Assembly (NCBI GenBank): GCA_026390575.1
Contig: JAPLFR010000010.1
Coordinates: forward strand, 10,146-74,145
Origin: Ignavibacteriales bacterium
GTDB lineage: Bacteria > Bacteroidota > Ignavibacteria > UBA10030
Reading direction: 5' to 3'
DNA: 64,000 bases
Shown: positions 1 through 9,587 of the stretch, in pieces
Position numbering within the stretch: position 1 is the stretch's first letter
Layout of the letters: each line of letters begins with the position of its first letter
Program-made: the position numbers and the translations under genes
Notes under the pieces: generated by a model
Databases searched by the model: none
The model's input: only the letters and a program-made list of their open reading frames with translations
What the model was told of the DNA's origin: nothing

Positions 1-1
1 C

Positions 2-478
2 GCAGATACCATAAATCTCGGTCCCGGTTTTTCATGGGTTTATGCCCGCACGTTAGGAGAATCTGCAACTTGGGTTGTGGATTCAGCGCTGGTAATATGG
101 ACAGGTCAACCTATCATTTCAAATCTGACAGGTCCAGCGACATATACTATAGGTAATGGTGGTTCTGCAGGTCCTTGGACATTTACAATTGCCGATAAAT
201 ACGGGCATCCAATGTCCTCAGGAACAAAAATAACCGTTGCTGGCGCCGGTCTGTCGATCGATGGTGATGCCAACTTGACAATGCCTGATATAGGACCAAG
301 TCAAACAACATTTATTGTCCCTACAGGAGCTGGAATCACTTCATTTACCATCGTTGTTTCTGATGCTGATGCAGGTACAGTTGCTGTACCTCCTATCAAA
401 TCGCTGCTTACCATTACCATCGTTCATCCTGTCTATGGTACATTTACGAGAGTAATAGCTTCTGGGACGGTGCAATGA
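2..478 (+). CDS. C-terminal fragment of a larger secreted/surface protein (5' end outside window)
   Basis: Frame 2 is open from base 2 to the TGA at 476-478, so track ORF 77..478 is only the tail after an internal GTG. Composition is Gly/Thr/Ile/Val-rich and beta-strand-like. A hairpin terminator follows. Confidence 0.5.
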   Translation, partial: ADTINLGPGFSWVYARTLGESATWVVDSALVIWTGQPIISNLTGPATYTIGNGGSAGPWTFTIADKYGHPMSSGTKITVAGAGLSIDGDANLTMPDIGPSQTTFIVPTGAGITSFTIVVSDADAGTVAVPPIKSLLTITIVHPVYGTFTRVIASGTVQ

Positions 479-505
479 TATAAGCATTTAAAAGAGAACA
501 AAATG

Positions 506-545
506 AAAAGCTCCGATTGGGGAATTCTCAATCGGAGCTTCTTTG
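506..545. terminator. Bidirectional intrinsic terminator between convergent genes
   Basis: Perfect 10-bp stem GCTCCGATTG (510-519) / CAATCGGAGC (529-538), with an A-run upstream and a T-rich run downstream. It lies between the stops of the 2..478 ORF and hemL. Confidence 0.65.
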
Positions 546-577
546 TTTACAAGTGCAGGATTGTTCTACTGTTTTTT

Positions 578-1888
578 CTACCGCTGCAATGCTTTGTAGC
601 TTGCCTTGATAGTTTTCTCTATGAGCCGTTCAGAATGAGCCGTGGAGATAAACACTGTTTCAAACTGTGATGGTGGTAAATAAATTCCATGCTCTAGCAT
701 CGCGTTAAAATACGACGAGAATTTTGCTGTATCAGATGTTTTTGCAGAGTCATAGTCAGTCACGGGCCTCGAAGTAAAAAAGAGTGTAAACATCGATCCT
801 ACTCGATTAAAAGTATAGCCAAGTCCTAACTTTTGTAAATTCTCTCGTACTCCTTCTTCGAGTTGTGCAGATCGCTGTTCAAGCTGTTTGTAGATCATCT
901 TATTAGTATGAAGAATGCGCAGCATGGTAAATCCAGCCGCCATTGCCAGTGGATTTCCAGAAAGCGTTCCGGCTTGGTACATTGGTCCGGCAGGAGCCAC
1001 CATCTGCATAATTTCTTTTTTCCCGCCGTATGCACCAACAGGAAGTCCGCCCCCAATAATCTTGCCAAGCGTAGTTAAATCCGGTTGAATATCATAGAGT
1101 GCTTGTGCTCCGCCAATTGCAACTCGAAACCCTGTCATCACTTCGTCAAAAATAAGCAGGGCATTGAACTCGTTGCACAGCGAACGCAATCCCTGCAGGA
1201 ATCCTTCAGCAGGCGGCACGCAGCCCATATTGCCCGCCACCGGCTCTACAATAATTGCTGCAATTTGATCTTTATTTTCTTCAAACGCCGTTCGCACTGA
1301 TGCGAGATCGTTGTACCGAGCTGTCAGTGTATTCACTGCAATCATTGCTGGAACACCGGGACTATCGGGAACGCCAAGTGTCATTGCACCTGAACCAGCT
1401 TTGATTAAAAAAGAATCGCCATGTCCATGGTAGCATCCTTCGAACTTAATAATTTTATCCTTTCCGGTGAAGGCACGGGCCAATCGGATGACGCTCATCG
1501 TCGCTTCAGTGCCGGAATTTACCATCCGTACTCTCTCAAGGGAAGGAACGATTTTGGTGATGAGCTCTGCCATCTTAACCTCAAGACTTGTCGGCGCACC
1601 GAAGCTGGTACCGCGTTTTACAGCTTCCCGTATGGCTTTGAGTATTGCAGGATTTGCATGGCCGAGAAGCATTGGTCCCCACGAACCTACGTAATCGATA
1701 TATTTGTTTCGATCTTCATCCCAAATATACGCTGCGCTTGCACGCTTTATAAAGAGCGGAGTTCGTCCGACTGATTTAAAAGCACGTACTGGAGAATTCA
1801 CACCGCCGGGGATACAGTTTTGAGCTTTAGCAAATAATTTGTTGGATTTTGTTGTTTTAAATCGCCGTCTCAGAATTCGTCGTTGCAT
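578..1888 (-). CDS. hemL: Glutamate-1-semialdehyde 2,1-aminomutase
   Basis: 436-aa ORF with class-III aminotransferase motifs [26 protein letters not shown] and DEVMTGFR. It is adjacent to hemB. Confidence 0.95.
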   Translation of the reverse strand: MQRRILRRRFKTTKSNKLFAKAQNCIPGGVNSPVRAFKSVGRTPLFIKRASAAYIWDEDRNKYIDYVGSWGPMLLGHANPAILKAIREAVKRGTSFGAPTSLEVKMAELITKIVPSLERVRMVNSGTEATMSVIRLARAFTGKDKIIKFEGCYHGHGDSFLIKAGSGAMTLGVPDSPGVPAMIAVNTLTARYNDLASVRTAFEENKDQIAAIIVEPVAGNMGCVPPAEGFLQGLRSLCNEFNALLIFDEVMTGFRVAIGGAQALYDIQPDLTTLGKIIGGGLPVGAYGGKKEIMQMVAPAGPMYQAGTLSGNPLAMAAGFTMLRILHTNKMIYKQLEQRSAQLEEGVRENLQKLGLGYTFNRVGSMFTLFFTSRPVTDYDSAKTSDTAKFSSYFNAMLEHGIYLPPSQFETVFISTAHSERLIEKTIKASYKALQR

Positions 1889-1907
1889 AGAAAATTCTCT
1901 TTCGTTA

Positions 1908-2945
1908 TTACTTTTTTTCGCTTAACACTTTTGCTGCATCTTTTGCAAAGTAGGTGAGAATCATATCCGCGCCGGCTCGCTTGATGCTCGTCAGAACTTC
2001 CATCATGACTCGCGGTTCGTCAATCCATCCGTTCCGGCCTGCCGCTTTAATCATCGAATATTCGCCGCTCACGTTATATGCAGCTGTGGGCATTTGAAAT
2101 CGGTCTTTCACACGACGAATAACATCAAGATATGATAATGCCGGCTTCACCATCACAATATCCGCGCCTTCACGAATATCCTGCTCAACTTCGCGTAATG
2201 CTTCATCACTGTTGGCGGGATCCATTTGATGCGACCGGCGGTCGCCAAATTTTGGTGTACTTTCTGCCGCTTCACGGAATGGTCCATAAAACCCGGATGC
2301 GTACTTTGCCGCGTATGACATGATTGGAATATTATGGAAATCATTACCATCAAGTATTTGACGGATAACTTTCACCCTCCCATCGAACATATCCGATGGA
2401 GCAATGATATCCGCACCGGCTTGGGCATGCGTCAATGCTTCCTTGGCCAGCAATTCGATGGAAGCATCATTTAAAATTTCGTTACCGCACACGATACCAC
2501 AATGACCGTGCGATGTGTATTCGCAAAGGCACACATCTGTGATGACCACTAAATCTGGAACTTCCTTTTTTAGTGCACGGACAGCAGTTTGAACGATGCC
2601 ATGTTCGTCATACGCGCTGCTTCCAACGACATCCTTCTGGTCGGGAATACCAAAGAGAATAACGGCAGGAATACCAAGCGCTTTCACTTCTGTGCACTCG
2701 CGTACAAGTTCATCCACGGAGAGCTGAAATACTCCCGGCATAGATCCAATTTCTTTCCGGAATTTTACCCCGGGAACAACGAAGAGTGGATAGATGAAAT
2801 CGTTGACAGAAAGTTCAATCTCACGTATCATGGAACGGAGTGCTTCTGTCATTCGTGTGCGTCGGAACCGGCGAAATGGTTCGGCGGGTGTGCTCTTGGA
2901 GTAACCGATAGAAATGTTTTTTTCATTCATAAGGACACCATCCAT
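1908..2945 (-). CDS. hemB: Porphobilinogen synthase (delta-aminolevulinate dehydratase), Zn-type
   Basis: 345-aa ORF with the Cys-rich metal site [14 protein letters not shown] and the Schiff-base Lys context IVMVKPA. The true start may be the Met at 2930. Confidence 0.95.
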   Translation of the reverse strand: MDGVLMNEKNISIGYSKSTPAEPFRRFRRTRMTEALRSMIREIELSVNDFIYPLFVVPGVKFRKEIGSMPGVFQLSVDELVRECTEVKALGIPAVILFGIPDQKDVVGSSAYDEHGIVQTAVRALKKEVPDLVVITDVCLCEYTSHGHCGIVCGNEILNDASIELLAKEALTHAQAGADIIAPSDMFDGRVKVIRQILDGNDFHNIPIMSYAAKYASGFYGPFREAAESTPKFGDRRSHQMDPANSDEALREVEQDIREGADIVMVKPALSYLDVIRRVKDRFQMPTAAYNVSGEYSMIKAAGRNGWIDEPRVMMEVLTSIKRAGADMILTYFAKDAAKVLSEKK

Positions 2946-3000
2946 TAGCTAATTATTCTCTTGTTGTAACTACTCAGCAAAGAAAATATTCGACCACCCC

Positions 3001-3106
3001 GTCCCGCCACCGTCAAACGGTAGCGGGACACCCCTCCTTATTAAGGAAGGGAAATTTTCTACCCTTTTAAAGGGGAGATGTCCCGATGAATGTCATTCAT
3101 CGGGAC
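3001..3106. repeat. Cluster of four consecutive palindromic hairpins (REP-like)
   Basis: GTCCCGC..GCGGGAC (3001-3029), CCCTCCTTA..TAAGGAAGGG (about 3031-3051), CCCTTT-T-AAAGGG (3062-3074), and a perfect 13-bp stem GTCCCGATGAATG-T-CATTCATCGGGAC (3080-3106). Confidence 0.7.
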
Positions 3107-3203
3107 AGAGGAGTTGTATAAAAACACAATAGCTGAATAATTACCTCTTGTTATATTCTCAATATAGGTGAAGGAAGAGAGAAGGTCAATGATGCCCGAC
3201 CGT

Positions 3204-3314
3204 TGGTAGTGACTCAATTTTGTGCGGTCAGGACTTACGTCCTGACCGATAATATTGAATGTCAGGAAGAAATTCCTGACATCACAGTCAATTGAATTAA
3301 ACTGAGTCACTGCC
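3204..3314 (-). mobile_element. MITE-like element, copy A (about 111 bp)
   Basis: Terminal inverted repeats TGGTAGTGACTCA / TGAGTCACTGCC. Internal hairpins GTCAGGAC-TTAC-GTCCTGAC and GTCAGGAA-GAAA-TTCCTGAC. Its reverse complement aligns almost base for base with 10014..10142. It is flanked by the direct repeat TGCCCGACCGTT (3193-3204 and 3311-3322). Confidence 0.75.
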
Positions 3315-3320
3315 CGACCG

Positions 3321-4115
3321 TTAGCGCTTCTTCAAGAAGGTCATAATTCGTTCATTGAACTCCTGAGTGTTCTCCAAATTGCTCATATGAGCGGCATAAG
3401 GCAGTATGTGCAGTTCTGATCCGTCAATCATAGTATGCATCGTTTGTGCATCGGAGGGCGGCGTTAACTTATCATGCTCTCCGACAATAATGCATGTTGG
3501 AATGTGAATAGAAGAAAGAGCCGGTGTTGTGTCGGTGCGGGAACCAAGCGCAAGTAAAGTTCCACAAATACCGCGCGGAGAGTTCGAGCAAATTATTTGT
3601 TTGATGAATGCAATAACGTTTGGATTCCTCTCGAAGGTCTTGTCCCAGAAAATGTTTTTCACAAAGTCCTCTGCAAATGCTGGAACGCCTGCCGCCTTAA
3701 CTGCCTGCATAGTCACCGTGCGGTTTATTTTTGCGGCGTTTGTGTCAGGTTCGCTTTTAGTATCGCACAGAATTAAGCCGCAGACTCTCTCCGGATATTT
3801 TTCGAAGGTGCGCAGTGCAATGTACCCCCCCATGGAAAGTCCGCAGAGTATAGCTTTAGTGATGAAAAGATGGTCGAGTAATGCGACTAAATCTTCGACG
3901 AAGAGTTCTATTGTAAATTGACCATCGCCGACATCGCTCTCACCGTGACCGCGCACGTCATATGCAATAGTATGGATATTGTTTGGCATGACATTCATTT
4001 GCGGTTCCCACATTTCGTGGCTGAATGGAAAACCATGAATGAACACAACCGGTAAACCTTGCGGCATACCGCGTTCTTCGTAGTTGATTGCAATATCGTT
4101 GAGGATGACTTTCAT
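3321..4115 (-). CDS. Alpha/beta-fold hydrolase
   Basis: 264 aa with an HG oxyanion region (VVFIHGFPFS), the nucleophile elbow GLSMGG and a C-terminal His (AAHMSN). It has a 4-nt start/stop overlap with the upstream glycosyltransferase gene. Confidence 0.85.
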   Translation of the reverse strand: MKVILNDIAINYEERGMPQGLPVVFIHGFPFSHEMWEPQMNVMPNNIHTIAYDVRGHGESDVGDGQFTIELFVEDLVALLDHLFITKAILCGLSMGGYIALRTFEKYPERVCGLILCDTKSEPDTNAAKINRTVTMQAVKAAGVPAFAEDFVKNIFWDKTFERNPNVIAFIKQIICSNSPRGICGTLLALGSRTDTTPALSSIHIPTCIIVGEHDKLTPPSDAQTMHTMIDGSELHILPYAAHMSNLENTQEFNERIMTFLKKR

Positions 4116-5305
4116 CTTGGTAGATTCTTCTCACGTTGTAGGTGTGTGTAGATATCTGTAAGGATTGTTGTTGCCGCGTTCGGTTTGGCTAAATGATGAG
4201 CCGCAGTGCGTGCATGTGCGAGCATCGATGGTAATTCGAGAATTCGTCTGAGTTTATAGGATAGGTTGGAAATATTAATCGCCTTCCAGCCGGCACCATG
4301 TTCAATGATCATATCACTGTTACGACTCTCCTGGCCGGGAATCGGATCAACAATGAGCATAGGCAACGATTTTGCCATCGCTTCGGATGAAGTAAGTCCG
4401 CCTGCCTTTGAGATGAGTATATCAGAGGCATCCATTAATTCGTGGATGTTGGTGATGAAACCGAAAATGCTCGGGTTGATGTGCTCCGGGAAATGCATTG
4501 TTTGCAATTCGCCGCGTACTTTGTCGTTCTTTCCACACACAACCAAGAGATTAAATTTTGTTCCTGGAAAAGCCGACAGTGTCTTGACAGTTTGTTCAAC
4601 AATATCCTTTACACGTCCAATGCCGTAACCGCCCGAAAGCACCATCACGGTGAAACGTTTTGGATCGATACCAAGCTTTTTACGGGCGATGGAAGGTTTC
4701 TCTTGTAATTGGAATTCAGGCATCACGGGAATTCCTGCAATCTTGATCTTTTCATGTGGCACTTGTTTTGATTGAAGCTGCCATGCCGATTCCTCATGAA
4801 ACACGAAGTATCGTTCGACAATGGAATCGACCCAAAGTTGATGGATATCGAAATCCGTTGTTACGGCAAAAACCGGAGCGGTGATACCATTCTTTCGTAA
4901 TGTGCTTGAAACGGAAATGTAGGGGAGGAAGTGTGTACAGATAATAGCATCGGGATTGAGCTCACGGAGAGCTTGAAGATAACGTTTGTAGTTAAATTGA
5001 TCGAATGACTTGATAAATCCTTTCTTTTCATAAGGTTTTCTCTCGGATTGCTGGTAGAGATATCCCCATAATTCCGGTGCTCGATTTACCATTTGAAGAT
5101 ATGATTCGGAATAAAGTCGTTTGAATAGCTTTGAAGTGAAATCGAGCACATCATAATGTTCGGTGCGGATAGGGAGTCCAGTCAACGGAGCTGTGCAACG
5201 CAGTGCCTCTGCTGCACGCATGTGTCCGGCCCCGCCGGAACAAGAGAGAATGAGAAAGAAGAGTTCTCGACTCAATTGTTTTGGCTGTTGGTGATGGATC
5301 TTCAT
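4112..5305 (-). CDS. MGDG-synthase/UgtP-like diacylglycerol glycosyltransferase (GT28 family)
   Basis: 397 aa with the N-terminal motif SCSGGAGHMRAAEAL and the C-terminal GT-B donor-binding region SKAGGLTSSEAMAKSLPMLIVDPIPGQE. Confidence 0.75.
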   Translation of the reverse strand: MKIHHQQPKQLSRELFFLILSCSGGAGHMRAAEALRCTAPLTGLPIRTEHYDVLDFTSKLFKRLYSESYLQMVNRAPELWGYLYQQSERKPYEKKGFIKSFDQFNYKRYLQALRELNPDAIICTHFLPYISVSSTLRKNGITAPVFAVTTDFDIHQLWVDSIVERYFVFHEESAWQLQSKQVPHEKIKIAGIPVMPEFQLQEKPSIARKKLGIDPKRFTVMVLSGGYGIGRVKDIVEQTVKTLSAFPGTKFNLLVVCGKNDKVRGELQTMHFPEHINPSIFGFITNIHELMDASDILISKAGGLTSSEAMAKSLPMLIVDPIPGQESRNSDMIIEHGAGWKAINISNLSYKLRRILELPSMLAHARTAAHHLAKPNAATTILTDIYTHLQREKNLPR

Positions 5306-5380
5306 AGAATTGCTAATTGGAGATGTTTCACTTCAAACGTTTTACTATTCGATTAGACAAACTCTATCAAGAAGAAACGA

Positions 5381-5418
5381 AAACTCCTCCTCTTATGCAA
5401 CTGAAAAGGAGGAGTTTC
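5381..5418 (-). terminator. Intrinsic terminator of gltA
   Basis: 11-bp stem AAACTCCTCCT / AGGAGGAGTTT. On the minus strand it is followed by TTTTCGTTTCTTC. It lies 23 nt past the gltA stop. Confidence 0.7.
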
Positions 5419-5440
5419 TATCGGAGGTAAATCCGGGGAA

Positions 5441-6748
5441 TTATTTTCTTTGATTTATCGGAATATAATTGCGTTCATCGCTGCCAAGGTACACCTGACG
5501 CGGGCGTGCGATTTTTTGCTCCGGATCGTTAATCATTTCCAGCCACTGTACAATCCAACCTGCAGCGCGCGGAATAGCAAAAAGGACGGTAAAGAAATCC
5601 GGGGAAAAACCCATTGCTTGATAAATGATACCTGAATAGAAATCGACATTCGGATATAATTTGCGTTTCACGAAATATTCATCCTGCAAAGCGATTCGTT
5701 CAAGCTCAAGGGCAATATCTAAAAGAGGATTTCGGCCGGTGACTTCAAAGACTTGATCGGCCGTCTGCTTGATAATTTTTGCGCGCGGGTCATAGTTCTT
5801 ATACACCCGATGTCCGAATCCCATCAATCGCTTTTCGCCTTTCCCTTCTTTTACTTCTTTGATAAAAGCAGGAATGTGATCCTTGGAGCCAATTTCTTTC
5901 AACATGATAAGCACTTGTTCGTTGGCACCGCCATGGAGAGTGCCATTAAGCGCGCTCAGTGCTCCGGACATAGAGACGTACGGATCAGCCTGTGAACTTC
6001 CAATGGCGCGCATTGCACTCGTGCTGCAATTCTGTTCGTGGTCAGCATGGAGGATGAAGAGAATATCTAATGCGCGTTCAAGCACAGGGTTGGGTGTATA
6101 TTTTTGACCGTTCGATTTATACAACATGTTTAAAAAATTGCCTGTATAACTTAATCCATTTTCTGGCTCAACAGGAGCAAGTCCTTTTCCATGACGGAAA
6201 CACCATGCACCGAGTGTTGGCATCTTCCCGATGAGACGATAGATGTGCAGATGCCTGCTCGCAGGATCGGAAATTTTGCGTGATTCGGGATAATAGGTCG
6301 AAAGTGCAGCAACAAGACTTCCGAGCATTCCCATCGGGTGTGCATCCTGGCGAAATCCTGATAAAGCTTTTTTCAATTGATCAACCACCGCAGAGTGGCT
6401 CATGATCGTGTTTGTCCACTCTATGAGCTGCGATGTTGTTGGCAGTTCTCCATGCATCAAGAGATAAGCAACTTCGAGATGGCTGCTCTTTTCAGCAAGT
6501 TGATCTATGGGATATCCACGATACCGAAGAATTCCTTTGTCGCCGTCAATATAAGTTATCTTGCTTATGCACGATGCGGTATTCATGAATGCAGGATCGT
6601 ACGTCATCATACCAAAATCATCGTCCTTCACTTTGATTTTGCGAAGATCCATTGCACGAATTGTATCGTGTTCGATAGGGAGTTCATATTGTTTCCCGGT
6701 ACGGTTGTCGGTAATAGTAAGTGTATTTGCCATAGATATCTCCTCCAT
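5441..6748 (-). CDS. gltA: Citrate synthase
   Basis: 435 aa with the citrate synthase signature GFGHRVYKNYDPRA and the HADHEQNCSTS block. Confidence 0.95.
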   Translation of the reverse strand: MEEISMANTLTITDNRTGKQYELPIEHDTIRAMDLRKIKVKDDDFGMMTYDPAFMNTASCISKITYIDGDKGILRYRGYPIDQLAEKSSHLEVAYLLMHGELPTTSQLIEWTNTIMSHSAVVDQLKKALSGFRQDAHPMGMLGSLVAALSTYYPESRKISDPASRHLHIYRLIGKMPTLGAWCFRHGKGLAPVEPENGLSYTGNFLNMLYKSNGQKYTPNPVLERALDILFILHADHEQNCSTSAMRAIGSSQADPYVSMSGALSALNGTLHGGANEQVLIMLKEIGSKDHIPAFIKEVKEGKGEKRLMGFGHRVYKNYDPRAKIIKQTADQVFEVTGRNPLLDIALELERIALQDEYFVKRKLYPNVDFYSGIIYQAMGFSPDFFTVLFAIPRAAGWIVQWLEMINDPEQKIARPRQVYLGSDERNYIPINQRK

Positions 6749-7333
6749 TTTGCTTGTCTTGGATTAGAAATTATGACTGAAATTAACGAATAATTCTACT
6801 CATACGCCAGTTAATTGATGAAAATATACACAATATTTTTCAAAATGGAACCTTTTTAGGGTTTGAACCGTTCACATATATGAACCTACTTGCCATTCCC
6901 CATGGTGGGTGGTTCGATAGCCTCCCTAACCCCTGGCGTTTGGTAGTGCGTCAGGGGTTTTATTTTGTCTTGTCCTCGACTATTTGCCTATGCGATCAAC
7001 TAGTTCAAGGAGAAGACGATGAAAACCAACGATTATCTGGATTGTATATAACTCCAGAAGGTCGAAAATTTGATTCAACCATTTAGGAAACGAGTTCTTT
7101 CGTGTTGACCATCTAAGAATACGGCAGCACGTGAAAAATCCGAATATAAATCATCATCAGTCGATTTAGACCTACACTTCGACTCTCTTTTTCGACTTCA
7201 GTATTGATGGTTCTTGAGACGGGGGGAAAGGTAGTCTGCCGTCTAAAGAAATATTGCAGGCAGACGAACTGACTGAACACGTTTTTACTTAGAAGTGTTT
7301 GCGAACTTTTTAAAATAAGTGTTGTACTGTTTT

Positions 7334-8107
7334 TTATTTTGAAAGGCGTTTGATTTCGGCCAAGATTTCGTCAATTACTTCCATATTGTGAATTCTTTTC
7401 TTTTTGCCTGCACCTTTAACGGAAAAAATGAAAAATACTTTGCCACCATATTTATCTTGGAATTTTGCATGACTTTTTTCATGCATCTCGATCCATTGAT
7501 AATCATTCAGAGATTTTCCAGAAGAGATTGGTTTCACTTGTAATCCAATGTAATATTTAGACACCTTAATAAAGAAATCGACTCCAAAGGTTCTATCCCA
7601 TTCATCGGGTGCAGGTTCAATTTTCTGCTGAATTATCGACTCTAATTGACCATAGATAGTATCTATTTCAGTTCGGTAACCTTCATATGTTCTGTTCAGA
7701 ACAAGGTTGTACGCATAATCAATACATTCTTCCTCTGTTATAGAACCGAGTTCATTCTGGATAACTTCTGACAACTTAATGTAAAGAGTTTGCCCTAATC
7801 CTTTAATGAATTGACGTGTGATGCGAATGCCATTTTTCTTTTTTTGTTTTGCAGTGCTAAAATAAAAGGTCTCCCAATCCTGAAAAGTTTTGGGTGCACA
7901 AGCTCTGATAAGTTCTGAGGTGGGGCCCACGGAATGAGTCTTGTTTAAACCCCAACGATTCATTCCATAGTTCAATAATGTCTCTCTCTTGAACTTTAAG
8001 TTCTTACCATCTGATCCAGCTATCCATTCTTTAGGCATTTGCGTGATTAAATAGGTTTTCGAATTTGTTGCGATACTTATAGTCTCGCCGAACATCAACC
8101 GAGACAA
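7334..8107 (-). CDS. Putative type II restriction endonuclease (PD-(D/E)xK-like)
   Basis: It lies immediately downstream of, and overlapping, the methyltransferase gene. The candidate catalytic pattern is FGVDFFIKV..YYIGLQVKP (D ... QxK). No other family is recognisable. The start is ambiguous: 8107, or the ATG at 8038, which overlaps the methyltransferase stop by 8 nt. Confidence 0.5.
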   Translation of the reverse strand: MSRLMFGETISIATNSKTYLITQMPKEWIAGSDGKNLKFKRETLLNYGMNRWGLNKTHSVGPTSELIRACAPKTFQDWETFYFSTAKQKKKNGIRITRQFIKGLGQTLYIKLSEVIQNELGSITEEECIDYAYNLVLNRTYEGYRTEIDTIYGQLESIIQQKIEPAPDEWDRTFGVDFFIKVSKYYIGLQVKPISSGKSLNDYQWIEMHEKSHAKFQDKYGGKVFFIFSVKGAGKKKRIHNMEVIDEILAEIKRLSK

Positions 8108-9329
8108 GTCCGCTTTTAATTAGGTGAGCATTGATAAATGTTTTGTTCTTCAAGTAAACATAGGAAAGCAGATTACCATTTTCATCATGCTTGTCCTTGT
8201 CAAATTTCAAGAATATTCTTTGCCCTTTAGTTTTAGCATCGAGGAAATGAATTGCCGCCTGATGATGAACCGGCTCTTGTGCAACTCCGATGAGTCTAAC
8301 TGTAAGCCCGTTACTAAGGCTCAGAAGTTCAGGGCTTATGACTTCTTTAACACTGTACAATTCAAATCTTTCTCCATTGTCACCATTTTCAACCTTGGAG
8401 CCAAACTTTAATTTACGCGGATCGATTTTCTTGTCCAATTCATGCGGATCTTTGAACTTATATAGTAATAATTCGATGTCCTTGGAATAATCTTCGTCTT
8501 GCTTCTTCTGATTGAGAAATTCGTACGTGCAGTCACCAAAGATATCGCGTTCGGAAATTTTCAACTTATTTTTTATGATTGGAGTAAATGTTTGGCCAAT
8601 TTCGTAGCCCACAGAATTACGACTCAGGTTTTTTGCAGCAAGAGATGTCGTTCCACTGCCAAGAAATGGATCGAGAACTGTGTCGCCTACAAATGAGAAC
8701 ATTCGAATCAATCGACGGGGAAGTTCCTCGGGAAACATTGCAAGATGTTTGTCTTGCTTTTCACCCGCAAAGTTCCAATGTCCGGAAAAGTACGTGTTCC
8801 ATTCATTTGTAGTAAGCTTTGAAAGTTCCTTAATCTCTTTAGTAACCTTTGGAGGATCGCCTAACTTCTTGAAAATCAGGATAAATTCGTAATCGATTTT
8901 TAAGATACCATTCCTTGGATAAGGAAAAGAACCCATTATTGAAGCGCCACCAGTGGTATTGGTCGTAGTAACTTTTTGCCAGATGATTGCACCCATATAG
9001 TCCATTCCGATGGTTTCACAGAACTTAGTAATTTCAGTTCTGATGGGAATAACCTTATATCGGCCGTAATAAACAGAGCGTGCAAATTGGTCTCCGATAT
9101 TGATACAAAGTCTGCAACCATTTTGAAGAACTCGAAAGCATTCTTTCCAAACTAGATTAAGATTGTTAATATAACTTTCATAACTATCGTGGAAACCGAT
9201 CTGATTTTTATCGCCATAGTCTTTAAGTTGCCAATATGGCGGTGAAGTGATAACAAGGTGAACTGAATCATCGGAAAGGTCCGACATCCTACGAGAGTCA
9301 CCGATAATAATTTTGTGATGTGTCGCCAT
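8031..9329 (-). CDS. Beta-class N4-cytosine/N6-adenine DNA methyltransferase with C-terminal SNase-like domain
   Basis: 432 aa. Motif IV VITSPPYW precedes motif I VLDPFLGSGTT, the order typical of N6_N4_Mtase beta-class enzymes. The last ~110 aa match the thermonuclease/OB-fold pattern (LTVRLIGV..AAIHFLDAKTKGQRIFL..NGNLLSYVYL..INAHLIKSGLV). Confidence 0.85.
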   Translation of the reverse strand: MATHHKIIIGDSRRMSDLSDDSVHLVITSPPYWQLKDYGDKNQIGFHDSYESYINNLNLVWKECFRVLQNGCRLCINIGDQFARSVYYGRYKVIPIRTEITKFCETIGMDYMGAIIWQKVTTTNTTGGASIMGSFPYPRNGILKIDYEFILIFKKLGDPPKVTKEIKELSKLTTNEWNTYFSGHWNFAGEKQDKHLAMFPEELPRRLIRMFSFVGDTVLDPFLGSGTTSLAAKNLSRNSVGYEIGQTFTPIIKNKLKISERDIFGDCTYEFLNQKKQDEDYSKDIELLLYKFKDPHELDKKIDPRKLKFGSKVENGDNGERFELYSVKEVISPELLSLSNGLTVRLIGVAQEPVHHQAAIHFLDAKTKGQRIFLKFDKDKHDENGNLLSYVYLKNKTFINAHLIKSGLVSVDVRRDYKYRNKFENLFNHANA

Positions 9330-9587
9330 TTTTTTACTGAAATATATGAAATTTCGGGTTCAATTGCTAGTCCTATTTAAAATCAAAAAAACGCTACCGC
9401 ACACTATCCTTGATATTTCAAAACACAACCTAACAAATGGCGGCTAATCTGTCGCACTGATAACTTTCAATTATGCTGAGAACGAAATGATTATTAAGTT
9501 AATAGATTCTAACATATATAGAATCCCTCTAGTAGCAGTTGTTTAAACTTAGACAAATGGAAAGCCATTGTCAAAGAGCAAAAATGA

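Noticed and set aside
3059-3310. 83-aa ORF (-), resembling ORFs 9872..10066 and 10069..10263 (+) through shared peptides QFN(S/T)IDCDV and IGQDVSPDRTKLS
   Set aside because: The similarity comes from translating the MITE-like DNA repeat in its two orientations. One of the ORFs also runs through tRNA-Arg(ACG). None has an RBS or a protein-like composition.
6880-7086. 68-aa ORF (+) and a tRNA-like GGTTCGAT stretch in the gap between gltA and the R-M genes
   Set aside because: No cloverleaf can be drawn, and the ORF has no RBS or motif. I note only a hairpin AACCCCTG..CAGGGGTT plus a T-run at about 6938-6970, which may be a stray terminator.
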